From positions 1-38,488 of the IMG/VR virus record IMGVR_UViG_3300022742_000002: a stretch of 38,488 nt of DNA, one strand, 5' to 3'. Positions 9,752-18,253 of this stretch are shown one piece after another. The DNA is from a virus. Its lineage: Duplodnaviria; Caudoviricetes. The notes below the pieces were generated by a model. It saw only the letters and a list, made by a program, of their open reading frames with translations. It was not told the origin of the DNA and searched no databases. How positions within the stretch are numbered: position 1 is the first letter of the stretch; every line of letters starts with the position of its first letter. The translations under genes were made by a program, and so were the position numbers.

Positions 9752-11347
9752 TCAGGCGCCGGCCGCTTCCGGCTCGGGCTGGTCAGGGCTGGGCATGAAG
9801 TTGACCTCGGGCAGGGTCAGCCCGCGCGTCTTCAGCGCCTCCTGCTCCAGCGCGATCTGGTCCAGCAGGTCGTCGAGGTCGCGGCCCTGGTCCAGGGCCT
9901 CGTCGCGCAGGGTGGAGATGCCCAGCCGCACCCGCATCGCCGCGGCGGTGATTTCCTTGACCGGGTCCACCCAGCCGCGCGCCGGCCCGCGCCACACCCC
10001 GCGCAGCCACGCCTGCCGCCGGGCCCGGCTTTCCGAAAAGCCCGGCAGATCCAGGTAGCCGCGCCACACCGCCTCCTCCAGCACCAGGTCGAGCGTCGGC
10101 CGGCACCAGGTCAGGGTCTTGTGCATGCGCAGGAACAGCACGAAGCGCCAGCCCTCCAGCAGCGACGCGCGGGCGCTGGAGTAGTTGGTCTTGGAGAAGT
10201 CGCGCATGAAGGTCTCGTAGGTCATGCCGATGCCGGTGGCGATCAGCCGGCTGACCGTGGTGACAAACCCGTCCATGCCGGCGCTCGGGCGGTTGGACGA
10301 GTAGCCCTTCAGCGTCTCGCCCGGCAGCAGCCGCGGGATGGCGCCGCCCGGGCCGATGCCGAGTTGCACCGACGGCTGGGCGTTGCGCATGTCCATGTAG
10401 CTGTTGGCGTCACCGAACAGGTCGAGCAGCGTCTGGCCGTCGGCCGGGCTTTCCAGCACCGCGGCGATCACCGCGTTGACCACCGCCGCCTGCAGCTCGG
10501 CCCGCTGGAACCGGGCGCGCTGCTTCAGCTCGGTCATCACCGGCGCGAAGACCGACACGCCGCGGTGCTGGCCCGGGCGCTTCTGGTCGAAGGAGTGGAT
10601 CACCACCCGCCGCCCGCCCGGCCCGCGCAACGGCACCCGCTGCCACTCGGCCGCCGCCATCGCCCAGGGCATGAACAGGTCGCCCGGGTGGCTGCTGCGG
10701 ACATGGTAGGCGATGGGCGCGCCATAGTCGTCGATCTCGACACCGTCGCGCAGGCGCGGATCGCCGATGCGGTCCTGCGGGTTGGACAGGCGGTCCGCCT
10801 CCACCGTCTGCATGACGGTGGCGAAGCGGCTGCCCAGCCGGCGCTGCCGCTCCGGCAGCCACAGCGCCAGCTGCAGGCTTTCGCCGGCGACGAGGTCGGA
10901 CTGCACCGACTGGCGCAGCATCGCGCCGAAGGGCAGCTGGCCGGTGACGTCGCAGGCGTCGCGGTCCTCGCTCCACTCGTGCCAGATGGATTCGATCCGC
11001 CGGGCGGCGTCCTGCGCCTGGTCGCGGGTGATGCCCAGCGCCCGGTAGTCCGGCATCGACTGGAAATCGAGCCCGAAGCCGATGGCGCTGTCCTTCAGCG
11101 ACTGGACCGCACCGGAGACCAGGGCGTCGTTGCGCTCCAGGTCGCGGGCGCGGGCGACGATGGTCTGGCGGTCGCCGTCCAAGTCGGCATCGGGCGAGCC
11201 CGCCGCCGGCGTCCAGTCGCGCAGCTCGGGCGCATTGCCCGATCCGGCGAGAAAGGCGCCCATGGCCGCCTGCGCCCGGGCCCGCCGGATCTCGGCCTGG
11301 GTGATCGGCCGGCCGTGCCGGTCGAGGATGACGGGGGCGGTGGCCAT
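9752..11347 (-). CDS. Portal protein, lambda family
   Basis: ARARDLERND, QHRGVS, NYSSARA and WVDPVKE motifs. Start set at ATG 11347, which overlaps the gpW stop (TGATG). Confidence 0.95.
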   Translation of the reverse strand: MATAPVILDRHGRPITQAEIRRARAQAAMGAFLAGSGNAPELRDWTPAAGSPDADLDGDRQTIVARARDLERNDALVSGAVQSLKDSAIGFGLDFQSMPDYRALGITRDQAQDAARRIESIWHEWSEDRDACDVTGQLPFGAMLRQSVQSDLVAGESLQLALWLPERQRRLGSRFATVMQTVEADRLSNPQDRIGDPRLRDGVEIDDYGAPIAYHVRSSHPGDLFMPWAMAAAEWQRVPLRGPGGRRVVIHSFDQKRPGQHRGVSVFAPVMTELKQRARFQRAELQAAVVNAVIAAVLESPADGQTLLDLFGDANSYMDMRNAQPSVQLGIGPGGAIPRLLPGETLKGYSSNRPSAGMDGFVTTVSRLIATGIGMTYETFMRDFSKTNYSSARASLLEGWRFVLFLRMHKTLTWCRPTLDLVLEEAVWRGYLDLPGFSESRARRQAWLRGVWRGPARGWVDPVKEITAAAMRVRLGISTLRDEALDQGRDLDDLLDQIALEQEALKTRGLTLPEVNFMPSPDQPEPEAAGA

Positions 11348-11580
11348 CAGCCGATCATCCGGACATAGGGCGACACCGCCGGACCGCGCCGGCCCTTGGC
11401 CGCGGCGATCTGGCGCTCCAGCGAGGCGATGTAGCTGGCCAGCTGGGTGGCGTTGGCCGGGGCGTATTCGACCACGCGGTCGCCGAAGCGCACGCTGACC
11501 GTCTGCCGGCCGAGCCGCAGGGCATGGTGCGCGGCCCGCGCGTCGGCGAGCCACGCCTCCAGGGTGGTGACGTCGGTCAT
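11347..11580 (-). CDS. Head-tail joining protein gpW
   Basis: 77 aa: ARAAHHALRLGRQTVSVRFGDRVVEY...LASYIASLERQI; ATGA-coupled to the terminase gene. Confidence 0.9.
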   Translation of the reverse strand: MTDVTTLEAWLADARAAHHALRLGRQTVSVRFGDRVVEYAPANATQLASYIASLERQIAAAKGRRGPAVSPYVRMIG

Positions 11581-13658
11581 AGGTAGAGTTCCCCTTTGTC
11601 GGTCGAAGCCGGCGGCGGCGCCATCGGTTGGACTGCAGCGGCCGGCTGGCTCAGCCGGCGGGCCCGGGCCACCGCCGCGGCGATCGCGTCGGCTGGAGTC
11701 GGCTCCCCGCTGGCGGTACCGGCATCGTCGCCGGCGGCCTCGGGTGCTGACTCCACGTCGGCCTCGCCCAGCTTCACATATTTGCCGGACAGGGCCTGCA
11801 GGCCGCACACCGCGGCGTAGGCGTAGACGAAGCACACCCCGGCCTCATGGGCTTCCGACGGCTTCTGCCACACCGTGTATTGCTGGCCGCGCGGAACGAT
11901 CAGCTTCTCGCGGGTCAACTGGGCGAAGAACTCGTCGTCCAGCTCGCGGGCGCCATCGAGCGGCGCCTGCGGGAAATGCACATGGCGCGGCCCGGGCTTG
12001 TCCACCGCCAGGCTGCCATAGGCCCAGTCACGCGCGGCGTTGCCGCCGATCATGTACCAGACATGGCCCAGCTTGCTGGACGGTTTCCGCGGCCACACCT
12101 TGCCCCGCTGGCCCCGGCTTTCCGAGCGGCCCTTGATCGCCCACACCCGCCGGGAGCGGCGCTTGTTGGCGAAGGCATAGACCTCCTGCGTGTGGTGGCC
12201 GCCGCTGTCGATGCAGGTGGCGCGCACGTCCAGCGTGGTGCCGTCCGGCTTGCGGTACCGGCGCAGCAGCACGCCCTCGTCCAGCGCCGCCCACACCTCG
12301 CCCTTGGCCGGATCGCCCGGCAGGACGAAATGGCCGATCAGCCAGACCTCCAACCCGCGGCCCCAGCCATAGACGGAGGCCTCCAGGCGCGGGTTGACCT
12401 TGCCGGACTGGACGTCCACCCCGACGGTGATGAACTCGACACCCGCCGGCACCTCGGCCGGGTACGGCTCCATGCGGTCGATGAAGCTGCTGCTCTTGAC
12501 CTCCTGCCCGTAGATCGCCCGGTAGGGACGGCCCAGCCGCAGGTTCATGAAGGGCTGCACCAGCGTCGCCGGGTCGGCCTGGGCCTCCAGCCATTCCTGG
12601 ACGATCACCGGCCAGGCGGCGTTGGGGTTGAGCGACATGCCCGTCCACAGGTGCATGCCGACATGGCCGGGCACCTTGGCCTTGGCGGTCGGACGCCACT
12701 CGCCGTTGGCGTCCATCCACGCCTTGTGCCGCTCTTCGATGATGCAGCCGCAGGTGCCGACGTACCACACCTTGTCCAGGGTGCCCTCGGCGTCCAGGCT
12801 CCATTTCAGCCCGTGCGGCACGTCCGGCCCGCCCCAGTCCAGATACTGCCAGCCGTCGAGCTGGCTGGCGGCATCCGAGCATTGCGGGCACGGCACGAAG
12901 TAGCGCCGCTGGTCCGACGCCAGCCACAGCTTCCACACCCGGCTCGTTTCGAACAGCAGCGGCGTGGACCCTCTGACCTGCTTGCGGTTCCAGAAGGTTT
13001 CACCGCGGGTCCAGAACAGCTTCAGCTTGTCGCCCTGGGTCTTGGCCCCTGGCGTCCAGCCGTCGCCGTCGATTTCGTCGGCGAACAGGAAGCGGGCCGA
13101 GTAGCGGCGGAAGGCGTCGTCCGACGCGGCGCCCACCACGCGCACGCTGGCGCCGTTGCTCAGCTGGTAGAAGGCGGCGTTGTCCTGCTTCTCCCCCTTC
13201 TTCACCTGCCGCATCAGCGGCTTCAGCACCGGGGTGTCGCGCAGCATCGGCGCGATTTCCCCGCTGCCGAAATCGTCCGCGTCCGGGATCGTCGGCTGGG
13301 CGATGGCGCACAGCGTCGGGTCCTGGTGCAGGTGGTAGCCCACCGCCAGCGTGGCGCAGCGGGTGTAGCCGACGCGCGCCGCCTTCAGCACCGTCAGCAG
13401 CGGCACCGCCGGATCGCACATCAGGTCCACCAGCCCGCGCTGGTAGCCGTAGAGCGTCACCTTGCCGTGCTCGGCCCCGGTGCCCTTCGGGATCCAGCCG
13501 AAGCGTTCCGCCCAGACGGAGCCGCTCATGCGTTCCTGAAACTTCAGGCTGCCCTCGAACAGGGCCAGCAGCGCCCGGCGCAGCTCGCCCCGCCCGGTCC
13601 GGTAGTCGCCGTGACGGTGGGCGCTGACCCGCGCCGCCGCCTCAAGCCCCCGGCTCAT
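11577..13658 (-). CDS. Terminase large subunit, gpA family
   Basis: KAARVGYT Walker A, FLFADEID Walker B, GSTP, SDQRRYFVPCPQC, GVDVQ and CIDSGGHHT motifs. Start set at ATG 13658. Confidence 0.96.
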   Translation of the reverse strand: MSRGLEAAARVSAHRHGDYRTGRGELRRALLALFEGSLKFQERMSGSVWAERFGWIPKGTGAEHGKVTLYGYQRGLVDLMCDPAVPLLTVLKAARVGYTRCATLAVGYHLHQDPTLCAIAQPTIPDADDFGSGEIAPMLRDTPVLKPLMRQVKKGEKQDNAAFYQLSNGASVRVVGAASDDAFRRYSARFLFADEIDGDGWTPGAKTQGDKLKLFWTRGETFWNRKQVRGSTPLLFETSRVWKLWLASDQRRYFVPCPQCSDAASQLDGWQYLDWGGPDVPHGLKWSLDAEGTLDKVWYVGTCGCIIEERHKAWMDANGEWRPTAKAKVPGHVGMHLWTGMSLNPNAAWPVIVQEWLEAQADPATLVQPFMNLRLGRPYRAIYGQEVKSSSFIDRMEPYPAEVPAGVEFITVGVDVQSGKVNPRLEASVYGWGRGLEVWLIGHFVLPGDPAKGEVWAALDEGVLLRRYRKPDGTTLDVRATCIDSGGHHTQEVYAFANKRRSRRVWAIKGRSESRGQRGKVWPRKPSSKLGHVWYMIGGNAARDWAYGSLAVDKPGPRHVHFPQAPLDGARELDDEFFAQLTREKLIVPRGQQYTVWQKPSEAHEAGVCFVYAYAAVCGLQALSGKYVKLGEADVESAPEAAGDDAGTASGEPTPADAIAAAVARARRLSQPAAAVQPMAPPPASTDKGELYL

Positions 13659-14160
13659 CGCCCCAGCTCTTGACCAACTCGTCGCGGGCGGCATCGAAGG
13701 CCTGGTTGATTTCCTTCTCCGCCATGGCCTGGATCTCCGGCGCCCCGGTCATCGCCGCGGCGCGTCCGGCGATCTTGGCCACCGCGTTGGAGAGGCCGGT
13801 GCGCAGGCCGATGCAGAAGCCGGCCATGTCGGCCGCGGCCTCATGGCGGTTCACCACCTCGTTCAGCGCCTCGTCGGCCTTGATCTCGGCCACCACCGCA
13901 TCGGCCACCGCCTTGCGGCGCTTGGCCTCGTCTGCGGTGATGACGCCGATCTCGCCCTCGTAGCCGGCGGCGACATCGGCCACGGCGCGGTCCACCAGCC
14001 AGCGGTGAACGTCGGCCGTCTCGAACGCCCATTCCCGGCCCTTGGCCCCCTTCTCCGCGAAGGGGCAGCCGTCGCGCACCCACGCGTCGACGGTGGGAAG
14101 GCTGACGCCGAACACGTCGGCCAGCTCCGCCCGGTTCACCCGTTGGCCCGGTTTGGACAT
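13642..14160 (-). CDS. Terminase small subunit (Nu1-like)
   Basis: VNRAELADVFGVSLPTVDAWVRDGCP winged HTH; directly upstream of the large subunit. Confidence 0.93.
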   Translation of the reverse strand: MSKPGQRVNRAELADVFGVSLPTVDAWVRDGCPFAEKGAKGREWAFETADVHRWLVDRAVADVAAGYEGEIGVITADEAKRRKAVADAVVAEIKADEALNEVVNRHEAAADMAGFCIGLRTGLSNAVAKIAGRAAAMTGAPEIQAMAEKEINQAFDAARDELVKSWGDEPGA

Positions 14161-14178
14161 AAACAAAAACCTCGATTC

Positions 14179-14248
14179 AAAATTTTCTCAGAGGGTGGAC
14201 CGGTACGGCCCGAATTACCCTTGTGGGTGGTACCCCCCGGAAGGACCC
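14179..14248 (-). other. Putative cos packaging region
   Basis: Minus strand GGGTCCT (14248-14242, identical to lambda cosQ) and GAAAATTTT (14187-14179), just upstream of the small terminase gene. Confidence 0.6.
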
Positions 14249-14249
14249 G

Positions 14250-14996
14250 TCACCGTCGGGCGGCGAAGCGGGCGTTGACCGTCCGCACCGCCTCCTCCAG
14301 CCGCCTGCCGATGTTGGCCCGCACCACCCGCTCGACGATGTCGTGGAAGCGGAAGCGCGGGCGGTAGCTCGGTGCCCGGACGAAGATCACCACCGGCCGG
14401 GCGTCGGCGCCGTCGCGCTGGTAGATGCCGGGCGGCAGCCCGCCGGCGTTGCCCGGCAGAGCGGCAAAGTAGCCGTTGCGCCGCCGCTTCTTCCGGCTGC
14501 GCGCGCTGTCGCTCCGGTTGGCCGTGTATCCCTGTTCCCCGAAGGCCTGGGTCTGCGACAGGATGCGCACCACCTCCGACCGCCGCATGTTGCCGTAGGC
14601 GTCCAGCCGGGCTTCCTCGCCGGGGACGGCGAACATGCCGGCCGGCAGCAGGCCAGCGGCCCGCAGCTGGCGCTCCATCCGCTTGTCCCGCCGCGGCCCG
14701 CCCTCGACATTCGGCAGCAGGTAGCGCGCCGCCGGCGTGCCCTTGCCGGCATCGTCCTTAAAGCCCACCCACGCCACCGGGTCCGCCTTGGTGGCGGGCC
14801 GGACGAAGGTGGACTTGATCGTGTAGGGCGTCGGCCGGTCGAAGGTCTCCGGCAGCGCCCGCTGAACCGCCAGCTTGGCGTCCTGCGCCGTCCTGGTCAG
14901 CGCCATCGGCAGCGCGTAGCGGGTGAGCTGGTCGCCATACCGGCGAATGGCCGCCTTCACCTGGTCGGCAGAGGCCCGGATCCGTGCATCGGCCAT
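14250..14996 (-). CDS. Phage morphogenesis protein (possibly gpZ-like tail completion protein)
   Basis: 248 aa, basic, with ALTRTAQDA...FDRPTPYT...YRPRFRF; host-like codon usage. Function is inferred. Confidence 0.6.
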   Translation of the reverse strand: MADARIRASADQVKAAIRRYGDQLTRYALPMALTRTAQDAKLAVQRALPETFDRPTPYTIKSTFVRPATKADPVAWVGFKDDAGKGTPAARYLLPNVEGGPRRDKRMERQLRAAGLLPAGMFAVPGEEARLDAYGNMRRSEVVRILSQTQAFGEQGYTANRSDSARSRKKRRRNGYFAALPGNAGGLPPGIYQRDGADARPVVIFVRAPSYRPRFRFHDIVERVVRANIGRRLEEAVRTVNARFAARR

Positions 14997-15021
14997 GGTG
15001 TTCCTGCCCTCGGTCTGCGGG

Positions 15022-15116
15022 CAAAGTGTTCACGCGTGAACAGTTTGGAGTGGCTGAAACCGCCCTACGGCTTGGTGGTGCGGTCCCCGTCAAAGTGTTC
15101 ACGCGTGAACACTTTG
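15022..15116. repeat. Two 26-bp palindromes with core TGTTCACGCGTGAACA
   Basis: CAAAGTGTTCACGCGTGAACAGTTTG at 15022-15047 (one mismatch) and the perfect CAAAGTGTTCACGCGTGAACACTTTG at 15091-15116. Confidence 0.9.
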
Positions 15117-15337
15117 GGCGGGCTGCGGCGCGGCCGGAGGCGGTCCCGGACGTCGAGCGCCAGCAGCACCAGGCGCCCGACCACCAGTGCCACCGTGCCC
15201 CAGAAGGCCAGCTCCTGCGCCGGCCCATGCAGGGCGTCGAGCCACCAGCCCATGGTGCCGCCGATCGTGACGATGACGCCGTCGGTGGCGGTGCGGGCGG
15301 TGAGGCCGTGCATCACGTCCTCAATGTGCATGGTCAT
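15065..15337 (-). CDS. Small membrane protein, holin candidate
   Basis: 90 aa from ATG 15337, ATGA-coupled to the methyltransferase. Two hydrophobic segments, a basic C-terminal tail and an M-T-M start. Confidence 0.55.
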   Translation of the reverse strand: MTMHIEDVMHGLTARTATDGVIVTIGGTMGWWLDALHGPAQELAFWGTVALVVGRLVLLALDVRDRLRPRRSPPKVFTREHFDGDRTTKP

Positions 15338-16137
15338 GCCGCCAGCTCCTCGGTCAGGTTGGCCAGCCTCTGCCAACCGGCCTCGAAATAGCGCCGGTCG
15401 CGCTCGATGCCGATGAAGCGCCGGCCCGTGGTCAGGGCGGCATGGCCGGCCGACGCGCTGCCGAAGAACGGGTCCAGCACCGTCTCGCCCTGCGGGCAGA
15501 CGGTGCCGATCAGCTCGGCCAGCAGCCCGACCGGCTTCTCCGTCGGGTGGGTGCCGAACCGCACCGGCGCATGGCGCAGCACGTTGGCAACGTTGCGGCG
15601 CAGCGGCTCGCTGCCCTTGCCCTTGGTGAAGTGGTGGATCAGCTCGTGCTGGTGACGGAAGTGCGTCCCCATGCCGAAATAGGTCTTGTCCCACACCAGC
15701 AGCCCCACCCGCTTCAGGTCGGCGCTTTCCATGGCGTCGGCCGCATGGCCGGACAGAAACAGCGCGGCCTCGCCTCCATCGATGGCATCGGCCAGATGAT
15801 CGCCCATGCGCCAGTCGATGAAAGCCAGCACATGGCCGCCCGGCTTCAGCACCCGCTGCCACTCCATGGCGCAGGCGCGCAGCAGGTGGAGGAAGCCACG
15901 CGTGCTCAGGCTGTCGGAGCCGAACCAACGGGCACCGCCGCCCTTGGTCGACCGCGTCATGGTCTTGCCGTAGGCGGTGCGGCCGGCCTCGCGGGTGGCC
16001 CCGCTGGAATAAGGAACGTCGGTCAGCACCAGGCTGACCGAGCTGTCGGGAAGCTCCCGCATCCGGTCGATGCAGTCGCCCAGCATCAGCGTCGCGGCGC
16101 CGATCGTCACGGAATGGGAGGTCATTGCGAAACCCAT
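15334..16137 (-). CDS. DNA N6-adenine/N4-cytosine methyltransferase, beta class
   Basis: LGDC, TDVPY (motif IV variant), HPTEKP and VLDPFFGSAS (motif I variant). Alternative start at 16125. Confidence 0.9.
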   Translation of the reverse strand: MGFAMTSHSVTIGAATLMLGDCIDRMRELPDSSVSLVLTDVPYSSGATREAGRTAYGKTMTRSTKGGGARWFGSDSLSTRGFLHLLRACAMEWQRVLKPGGHVLAFIDWRMGDHLADAIDGGEAALFLSGHAADAMESADLKRVGLLVWDKTYFGMGTHFRHQHELIHHFTKGKGSEPLRRNVANVLRHAPVRFGTHPTEKPVGLLAELIGTVCPQGETVLDPFFGSASAGHAALTTGRRFIGIERDRRYFEAGWQRLANLTEELAA

Positions 16138-16162
16138 GGATTTCAGCCGTTTTTCAGGGGCC

Positions 16163-16192
16163 AGCTTGCGATAATGCTGATTTTCGCAAGCT
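16163..16192. other. dif/res-like tyrosine recombinase crossover site
   Basis: AGCTTGCGATAA-TGCTGA-TTTTCGCAAGCT: 12-bp inverted arms (one mismatch) around a 6-bp spacer, intergenic, about 500 bp downstream of the XerC-like gene. Confidence 0.7.
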
Positions 16193-16197
16193 CGGTT

Positions 16198-16704
16198 TCA
16201 GGTCGTTCCGACCATCAGCGGCTTGACGAAGAAGGCGTCGTCCCCGCCCTCGATGGACACACCGTCGATGGTCACCGCCACCTTCGGCTCCGCCAGCAGT
16301 GCGGCCCGGTCGACCTCGCTCTTGGTGCGGATGAAGCGCCGCAGCTTGCGGTCTTCCTCCAGCCGCTTCAGCAGCGCGTCGACATCGGCCACCACCAGCT
16401 TGGACGCCGTTTTCTTCACGCCGATCATGCCGGTGGACAGCGCCACCGACTTCTTGCCGCCGGTCAGCAGGGTGGAGCGGTTGGCGTCGAAATAGCCGCG
16501 CAGCAGCTCGGTGTCGGCGGCGATTGCCGTGCGCAGCGGCGCCGCCGCTGTCTCAAAGGCGAGGTTGGCCTGGGCGACGGCCACGTCCAGCGAGGCTTTC
16601 AGCCGGCCCAGCTGCACCTGCGCGGCGCCGATCCGGCCGACAACGGCCGCGGCCTGGTCCTGGGTGCGCACCCTGCGCACCGGAGCGGCGACAGTCTCGC
16701 CCAT
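16198..16704 (-). CDS. gam: Mu Gam-like host-nuclease inhibitor
   Basis: 168 aa from ATG 16704; coiled coil, then KKSVALSTGMIG...FIRTKSEVDRAALL...GVSI...FFVKP. Confidence 0.85.
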   Translation of the reverse strand: MGETVAAPVRRVRTQDQAAAVVGRIGAAQVQLGRLKASLDVAVAQANLAFETAAAPLRTAIAADTELLRGYFDANRSTLLTGGKKSVALSTGMIGVKKTASKLVVADVDALLKRLEEDRKLRRFIRTKSEVDRAALLAEPKVAVTIDGVSIEGGDDAFFVKPLMVGTT

Positions 16705-16705
16705 G

Positions 16706-17704
16706 TCAATCCTCCGCAATGAGCGCCGCCATCTGGCCAGCCAGATCGGCGCGGTTGTCGTCGTAGATCTGCAAGGTCTGGACGTTTCGGTGCCGGCTGA
16801 AGCGCTGAACCGCCCGGATGTTGCCGTTGCTGGCGTCCAGCGCCGCGGTGATGGCCGAGTGCCGCAGCCCGTGCGGCCGGGTGGCGATGCCCACTCCGGC
16901 GCCCAGCCCGCGCACCACGTCATAGACGGCGGCGCCGGTCAGGCGCCCTGTGCCCCGGCCGGCGGCATCGAGGCGATGGAACAGCGGTCCGGGCTCTTTC
17001 CCCCGCACCACGATCCACGCATCGAGCGCCGTCCTGGTGGCGGCCGGCAGGGTGATCCGTTCGCGCTGAGTCCGCCCCTTGCCCAGCACCGCGACGGTGC
17101 CGCGCCGGCTGTCGTAATGCTCCAGGTCCAGCGACACCACCTCACCGCGGCGCAGGGCGACGTCGTGCAGCAGCCGGACGATGGCGGTGTCGCGCAGGCC
17201 CTTGGCGTCGGTGCGCTCCCGGGCCTGAGCCACCATCGCCCGTACGCCGTCCCGCCCCGGCCCCCGCGTGTCGCGGTAGGTCACGGAGTCGACGTTCTCC
17301 GCGTCCAGCGTCCAGTTGACCAGGCCGAGCGTGTTGCCCAGCTTGACCACCGACCGCAACGCCGCCAGCCGGCGGTTGACGGTGGCGGGCTGGAGTTGCC
17401 GCCGCACCATGTCGGTGCGGTAGCCCAGCGCCAGGGCGTTGGCCTGCCCATGCTCCACCGCCAGCAGCATCCGCACCGCCTGCTCGGCGGTGGCGGCGAA
17501 GGCGGCCAGCCCATCCTGCCGGGCCACGAAGGTCCGGAAATCCTCATGATCCCGCCGGTAGGCCCGCACCGTGTTGGCCGAGCGCCCGGCATAGAAGGCG
17601 TCCAGCAGGTGCTCCTGGATGCGGTCCAGCCGCAGCGCCGGGGCGTGGCGGGCGTCGCTGACGTCCTGTCCGGCCGGATCGCCCGGAAGGACGGGAAGGC
17701 TCAT
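16706..17704 (-). CDS. Tyrosine recombinase, XerC-like (probable resolvase)
   Basis: SAM-like N-terminal domain (SANTVRAY, ATVNRRLAALRS) and catalytic R (LRRGE), K (GKG), HGLRH, H and Y (QIYD). Confidence 0.93.
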   Translation of the reverse strand: MSLPVLPGDPAGQDVSDARHAPALRLDRIQEHLLDAFYAGRSANTVRAYRRDHEDFRTFVARQDGLAAFAATAEQAVRMLLAVEHGQANALALGYRTDMVRRQLQPATVNRRLAALRSVVKLGNTLGLVNWTLDAENVDSVTYRDTRGPGRDGVRAMVAQARERTDAKGLRDTAIVRLLHDVALRRGEVVSLDLEHYDSRRGTVAVLGKGRTQRERITLPAATRTALDAWIVVRGKEPGPLFHRLDAAGRGTGRLTGAAVYDVVRGLGAGVGIATRPHGLRHSAITAALDASNGNIRAVQRFSRHRNVQTLQIYDDNRADLAGQMAALIAED

Positions 17705-17883
17705 CCGTCGATGGCGTCGCGCAGCTCGGCCACGGTCATGTCCTCCGGCAGCTCGCGCAGCATCGCCGCGACCTGCTGGCCGAAGAACTCGACCGCGCCG
17801 TCCGACGGGTACACTGCCACCGGGTCGCTGTCACGGGTGAGGCCGGCGCCGGCGGCGACCGCCTCGCGGATCAGCTCGTCCAT
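17701..17883 (-). CDS. Hypothetical phage protein
   Basis: 60 aa, ATGA-coupled to the recombinase gene. Confidence 0.65.
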   Translation of the reverse strand: MDELIREAVAAGAGLTRDSDPVAVYPSDGAVEFFGQQVAAMLRELPEDMTVAELRDAIDG

Positions 17884-17895
17884 CCTGCTGTCCTG

Positions 17896-18150
17896 TCAGG
17901 AAAGCCGCGCGACCGCCTGTGCATCGGCCACCCGGCCGACGGCATGATCGCGCAGCATGTCGAAGAGAGGCGCGCAGTCCTCCACCAGATCGATCAGCCA
18001 GGGCGCCCGGATCCAGCCCTGCGCGGTCTGGATCTCGATGGCCTTGATGTCGGCGCGGAAGGGTCCGCCCTGGTAGGTGATGCGCACGGCGAAATGACGA
18101 TCCACCGGGCCGAGCTGAAGGCACAGCACGCCGTCCCATTCGGTCCGCAT
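17896..18150 (-). CDS. Hypothetical phage protein, first gene of the late operon
   Basis: 84 aa from ATG 18150; host-like codon usage. Confidence 0.6.
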   Translation of the reverse strand: MRTEWDGVLCLQLGPVDRHFAVRITYQGGPFRADIKAIEIQTAQGWIRAPWLIDLVEDCAPLFDMLRDHAVGRVADAQAVARLS

Positions 18151-18168
18151 GGCCAGCCCCCGGACAGC

Positions 18169-18238
18169 GGAAGGCCCGCCGCGGCATCTGCCGGGCGGGC
18201 CTTCCTTTACACGCAATTCGTCCCGCTCACCCTGTCAA
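18169..18238 (-). promoter_or_regulatory. Putative late promoter followed by a terminator-like hairpin (pR'/tR'-like arrangement)
   Basis: TTGACA on the minus strand at 18238-18233, then the hairpin GGAAGGCCCGCC...GGCGGGCCTTCC (18169-18205) before the first late gene. Confidence 0.55.
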
Positions 18239-18253
18239 GGAATTGACCTTCCG

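Noticed and set aside
234-13673. Very long plus-strand ORFs (234-2723, 3138-5354, 6715-8871, 8906-11368, 11847-13673)
   Set aside because: Antisense shadows of GC-rich minus-strand structural genes, with no recognisable motifs.
15022-15116. Possible mini-CRISPR (two repeats with a 43-nt gap)
   Set aside because: Only two copies, fully palindromic with no loop, one overlaps a coding region, and there are no cas genes.
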